Source of the DNA: the human T2T-CHM13v2.0 reference genome, Homo sapiens
NCBI RefSeq assembly: GCF_009914755.1
Contig: NC_060945.1
Direction: 5' to 3' (one strand)
Length of the DNA: 64,000 nucleotides
How positions within the stretch are numbered: position 1 is the stretch's first letter; each line of letters starts with the position of its first letter. A model generated the notes under the pieces. That model saw only the letters and a list, made by a program, of their open reading frames with translations, was not told the DNA's origin and searched no databases. The translations under genes and the position numbers were made by a program. Shown piece by piece: positions 59,176 through 64,000 of this stretch.

Positions 59176-60920
59176 ATTGGAGAAAAAGCATTGAAGCCGA
59201 CTCCATTAGAATGTATGTTGAAGAACTTTAAGAAAGGCTTTGATGGTGATTATGGAATGAAGTTAAGACCGCAGAGGCTAAGAACCCTTTTTGAAATTGA
59301 CTGGCCCTCTAATGTAGGGTGGCCAGCTGAGGGAACCATAGATATGGAAATAATTGGCCAAGTGTTTTGGGTGGTCACTGGGGTCAGACAACAGCCTGGG
59401 TACCCTGATCAGTTCCCATACATAGACTCCTGGCTGAACGTGATTCAGACCCGTCCAAAATGGCTACAGGCCTGCTTTGAAGATTATTGTAAGACTCTAG
59501 TGGCTCGAACAAAACAAAGAACAATAGAAAAGACCCACAAAGTGCAGGCCCAGGAGAAAGAGTAGCAAGGACAACAGGAAAAGCCTGTCCTACAGGCCCC
59601 GCCAGAGGAGCTAGAGACTCCATCCCCTTATGTTCTAATTTATCCATCTCTGGCAAGGCTTAGGCGGGAAGCCACTCCAGCAGCTGCCTCCAGAGGGTTG
59701 GACTCAGAGGAGAGTACCCCCCAAACTTCACCACATAAGGAAGAGCCAGGCCCACTGCTCGATAAATCAAAGGAGGAACTCCAGGATGAGGTTGGCCGTC
59801 CCTGGTCAGGACACACCCAAGCCATGCAGATGCCCCTCAGAGAAACTAGAGGACAGATCTATTTAGATGCACAAAATGAGGTTCAAGGAGGAGAACAGCT
59901 TTATCTTTATAAGCCCTTCTCTACTACAGACATTTTCAACTGTAAACAGCATACTCCCTCCTATACGGAAAAACCCCAGGCTCTTATTGACCTAATGCTG
60001 TCCATCTTCTTAACTCACAGCCCAACCTGGGCTGACTGCAAGCAGCTCCTTCTGTCACTGTTCAATACAGAAGAACGCTGCAGAGTAATACAAGTGGCTA
60101 ATCAGTGGCTAGAAAGCAACACCCCAGTAGGCATGGCAGATGTCAAACAGTATGCACAACAGACTTTACCAATAGAAACTGATCCAGGCTGGGACTGAAA
60201 TCAGGCCCAAGGGCTGCTAAACTTGCTGAGATACTGAGAGGCTCTGATACAAGGAATAAAGGCTGGAGGGAAAAAGGCAACAAACACTGGAAAGGTTTCA
60301 GAGGTTCATTAGAAACCAGATGAAAGCCCCAGTGAGTTCTACGAGAGGCCTTGTGAGGCTTACTGACTCTACACACCTTTTGACCCAGAAGTGGCAGGGA
60401 ATCAGTGCATGGTTAATGCAGCATTCATGAGTGAAGCACAAAATGATATTAAGCAAAAGTTGCAGAGGCTGGAGGGGTTTGAAGGTATGAACATTCCCCA
60501 GCTTATCCAGGTGGCAACCAAAGTGTTTGTAAATTGAGATGAAAAAGCAAAGTGGGAGGCCAAGCGTAGAGTGAAGGAAAAGGCAGAGTTCTTGGCCACA
60601 GCCCTGGTTGAAAGAGAGGCTGGATTTGCAAGAGGACATGAATGTGTCATGGATGTGGTCACAGTAGAGGACAAGCTAGGCCAGATCAGGAGACCAGGAC
60701 AGGTCAGGAAGGTCAGCCTAGACTAGAGAGAGATCAATGTGTGAGATGCAAGCAAAGAGGGCATTGGAAAGATGAATGTCCAGAGAAAGAATAGGACAAG
60801 GGCAACAACCAGAGACAGAATGACTGGACAGAGCCCCCTTCCGTCACTGGGCAAGGCATAGTAAGATCTGACGTGGATCTAATTGGGCTGGCAGAAGCCA
60901 ATGACTACCTTGAAGACTGA
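59176..60920 (+). pseudogene. gag: ERV gag, disrupted
   Basis: KPTPLECMLKNFKKGF..GWPAEGT matrix, capsid PSYTEKPQALIDL, zinc knuckle CVRCKQRGHWKDEC (~60738-60780). Start codon lost; multiple stops. Confidence 0.9.
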
Positions 60921-63900
60921 GACAGATCGGGCTCCATCTCATTAGGCCCCAAGGAGCCTATGGTCTCAATTGTAGTAGGGCGCTGAAAAATAGACTTTAT
61001 GGTAGACACAGGTGCTGAACACTCGGTTGTGACTCAAAAAATTGGGCCGTTATCAAAAGACTATGCTAATATTATCAGAGCCACAGTTATCACAGAAAAG
61101 ACACCTTTTTTCAAATGAAAGAGATGTATGACTGGAGACCGAAAAGTCCAACGTAAGTTCTTATATTTGCCAAACTGCCCAGTGCCACTATTAGGAAGAG
61201 ACTTACTACAAAACTGCAGGCTCAGATCTCCTTTACACCAAGTGGAGATAGGACCTTAAGCCTAAGGCAAAGAAAGGTTATGGTATTAACACTCACAATC
61301 CCCAAAACAGATGAATGGAGACTTCATGAAAGTAGTTGCCAGGAGTATGGAAAAAGATATAGTGTGGCTGAAAGAGAAAAACTATTCACAGACTTACTTC
61401 TTAAGTTACCAGGAGTCTGGGCAGAGGACAGTCCCCCGGGGCTGGTAGTGAATCAAGCACCTGTCATAGTAGAACTACTACAAGGAACCTACCTGGTGCA
61501 GATCTGTCAGTATCCCATTCCCACAGAGGTTAACCAAGGGATTGCAAAACACTTAAAATGGCTCCTTGAATTTGGAATAATAGAGAGATGTGTCTCCTCA
61601 TGGAATGCTCCCCTATTGCTGGTGTTAAAACCTTCTGGTGACTACTGGCCTATACAAGCCTTAAAGGCAATCAACGAGGTGGTGGCTACACTGCATGCTA
61701 TTGTGCCTAACCTGTACGCTATGCTTGCACAAATACCTGCTAGTGCTGCTTGGTTCACATGCTTACACATAAAAGATGCGTTCTTCTGCATCCAATTAGC
61801 CCCTGTAAGCCGAGACATTTTTGCCTTTGATTGGGCCCATCTCAGTATACCTGGACTAGACTTCTCCAAGGATTTAAAAACTCCCCAACTATCTTTGAAG
61901 AAGCACTAGCCTCAGACTTAAAGGCTTTCACTCCACCTAGCGACCCATGTATCTTACTGCCATACATAGATGATTTGTTACTAGCTACACCCACCAGAAA
62001 GGAATGTATGCAAGGAACAGAGAGTCTCCTTTGAGCGCTGTGGAAAGCTGGCTATAAAGTGTCCAAGGAAAAGGCACAGATCTGTGGCCAAGGAGTTCAG
62101 TATCTTGGCTTTTACATCTCTCAAGGGCAGCATGAGCTTGGGTGGGAGCAAAAGAAGACTGTCTGTAGCATTCCTCAGCCAGACACAAGGCGGCAAGTGC
62201 GGGAATTCCTAGGGGCAGCTGGTTTCTCCCGTATATGGATCCCCAACTACTCGCTCCTAGCAAAACCTTTATATGAGGCGATGAAAGGGCAGGGAAAGGA
62301 GCCCCTCCTTTGGGGAAAAGAACAGGATATGGCTTTCAAGGAAATCAAGAAAGCTTTAATTCAGGCACCAGCACTAGGGCTGCCAGACATGACAAAGGCC
62401 TTTTACCTGTATGTTCATGAAAGAAAAGAAATGGCTACAGTAGTCTTAGTGCAAATGCTAGGGTCATGGTATTGGCCTGTAGCATATTTGTCCAAGCAAC
62501 TAGACTTTGTGGCTAAGGGATGGCCACCCTGTTTCAAGGAACTGGCCGCCACTGCCTTGTTAGCCGAGGATGCTAACAAGCTCACATTTGGACAGAAGCT
62601 GATAATTCAGGTGCCCCACACAGTTGTCACCCTGATGGAACAGAGAGGACATCATTGGCTCTCTAACCCTAAGATGCTAAGATATCAAGGGCTCCTATGT
62701 GAGAATCCATACATCACCTTAGAGACTGTGAATACCCTAAATCCAGCCACACTGTTACCAATAGAATATGTGGAACATGGGAAGCCCCCGTTATGTGCCC
62801 CAGGGTACCACTGCTGTGTAGAAACAGTGGATGAAGTCTTTTCAAGCCAGAAAGACTTAAAGGATCAACCCTTAAAAGACCCAGATGTTGAATATTTTAC
62901 TGATGGAAGCAGCTTCATATCCAAGGGTGTCAAAAAGGCCAGATTTGCCATAGTCACATTAAGCTCGGTGGCCAAGGCCCGCCCCCTAGCGGTAGGAACC
63001 TCAGCACAGAAGGCAGAATAGCTCTCACAAGAGCACTACTTCTAGCAAAGAGAAAGTCAGCGAATATCTATACTGACTCAAGATATGCTTTTGCCACCTT
63101 GCATGCTCATGGAGCCATTTACAAAGAAAGAGAACTGTTAACTACTGAAGGAAAGGAAATAAAGAACAAAAAGGAAATAGGGCAGGTCCTAGAGGCTGTA
63201 TGGGCTCCAAAGGAAGTAGCAGTCTTCCACTGTAAGGGACATCAAACAGGAGGAAGTGATGAGACTACAGGAAACAGAAAAGCAGACAAAGAAGTGAAAA
63301 GGGCTGCAATGACAGAAATAACAAAGAAAGAAGAGACTTATGTTATGCCCTCATTAGAGCCTCCCCTTGCAGAGACTCCTAACTACTCATCCAGTGAGAA
63401 GGTGTGGTTCACACAGGAAAATGGGTGTTATCAAAAAGGAGGCTGGTGGAAGTTTTCAGATGGGGAGGCGTGCCATTCCAGAAGCCATTGCCCCCCAATT
63501 TATAAAGCAGTTTCACCAAGGAACACACATGGGGAAGACAGCTTTAGAAATTCTCGTAGGGCAATATTTCTATGTGCCATGCCTAACTGCCATCACTCGA
63601 GCCATCTGTGAGCAGTGTGTTACTTGCATCCAGAATAACCTAAGGAAAGGGCCTACTCAGACCCCAGGAATTCAGGAAACAGGAGCAGTGCCATGTGAAA
63701 ACCTGCTTGTAAACTTTACCAAACTGCCTCAGGCTGGAGGCTATCAGTACATATTAGTGTTTGCACCTTTTCAGGGTGGATCAAGGCATTCCCCACCAGG
63801 ACAGAAAAGGCATGAGAAATAACCAGGATATTATTAAAAGATATTATTCTTAGATTTAGAATGCCTCTACCTTTAGGCTCGGACAACAGACCAGCTTTTG

Positions 63901-64000
63901 TAGCAGAAGTAGTACAGCAACTGACTCAGATGTTATAGATTAAATGAAAACTGCATACAGCCTATCAACCACAAAGTTCTGGAAAGGTTGAGAGAATGAA
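60921..64000 (+). pseudogene. pol: ERV pro-pol, disrupted
   Basis: Protease FMVDTGAEHSV, RT LQGFKNSP and YIDD, RNase H FTDGSS, integrase HQGTH..CEQCVTC. Frameshifts and stops throughout. Confidence 0.93.

Larger units (their letters stand above)
57714..64000 (+). mobile_element. Decayed class I (gamma-like) endogenous retrovirus, HERV1/HERV-ERI-like; continues past the window end
   Basis: 5' LTR 57714-58236 (TG..CA, AATAAA), tRNA-Pro-type PBS TGGGGGCTCATCTGGGAT at 58241-58258, then gag-pro-pol. Subfamily is tentative. Confidence 0.93.

Noticed and set aside
61280-63822. Active retroviral Pol (209-, 320- and 170-aa ORFs)
   Set aside because: These are fragments separated by frameshifts and stops, and the gag start codon is lost.

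Overview
Hominid (human or great-ape) genomic DNA, not prokaryotic. An ANKRD20A-family 5' fragment, a decayed 5S copy and the last coding exon of LIPI (minus strand) together point to the pericentromeric chr21q11.2 region or its ape ortholog. This placement comes from sequence recognition, not from an alignment. The left ~29 kb is a GC-rich duplication mosaic, in this order: a CAGGG-type array, a palindromic REP522-like block split by an old L1, ANKRD20A exons 1-3 cut off at a tiny L1 3' stub, an SST1/5S-like monomer carrying a 5S rRNA pseudogene, and a ~200-bp gamma-satellite-like array with a polarity switch. It ends with a ~10.7-kb fossil 45S rDNA segment on the minus strand. That segment runs colinearly from the 28S 3' end through the 3'ETS, terminators, a very compact intergenic spacer and the Pol I promoter into the 5'ETS. 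The right ~35 kb is ordinary TE-rich DNA: Alu, L1, MIR, LTR12C, MER4A, LTR6, MaLR, the LIPI terminal exon and a decayed class I provirus. A 400-bp piece of that provirus's gag also sits inside a nearby MST element. Almost all ORFs in the supplied track are repeat artefacts. I see no new protein-coding system. The most interesting signals are the rDNA fossils and the rearrangement junctions. Repeat subfamily names and comparisons to reference rDNA come from memory and need confirming by alignment.
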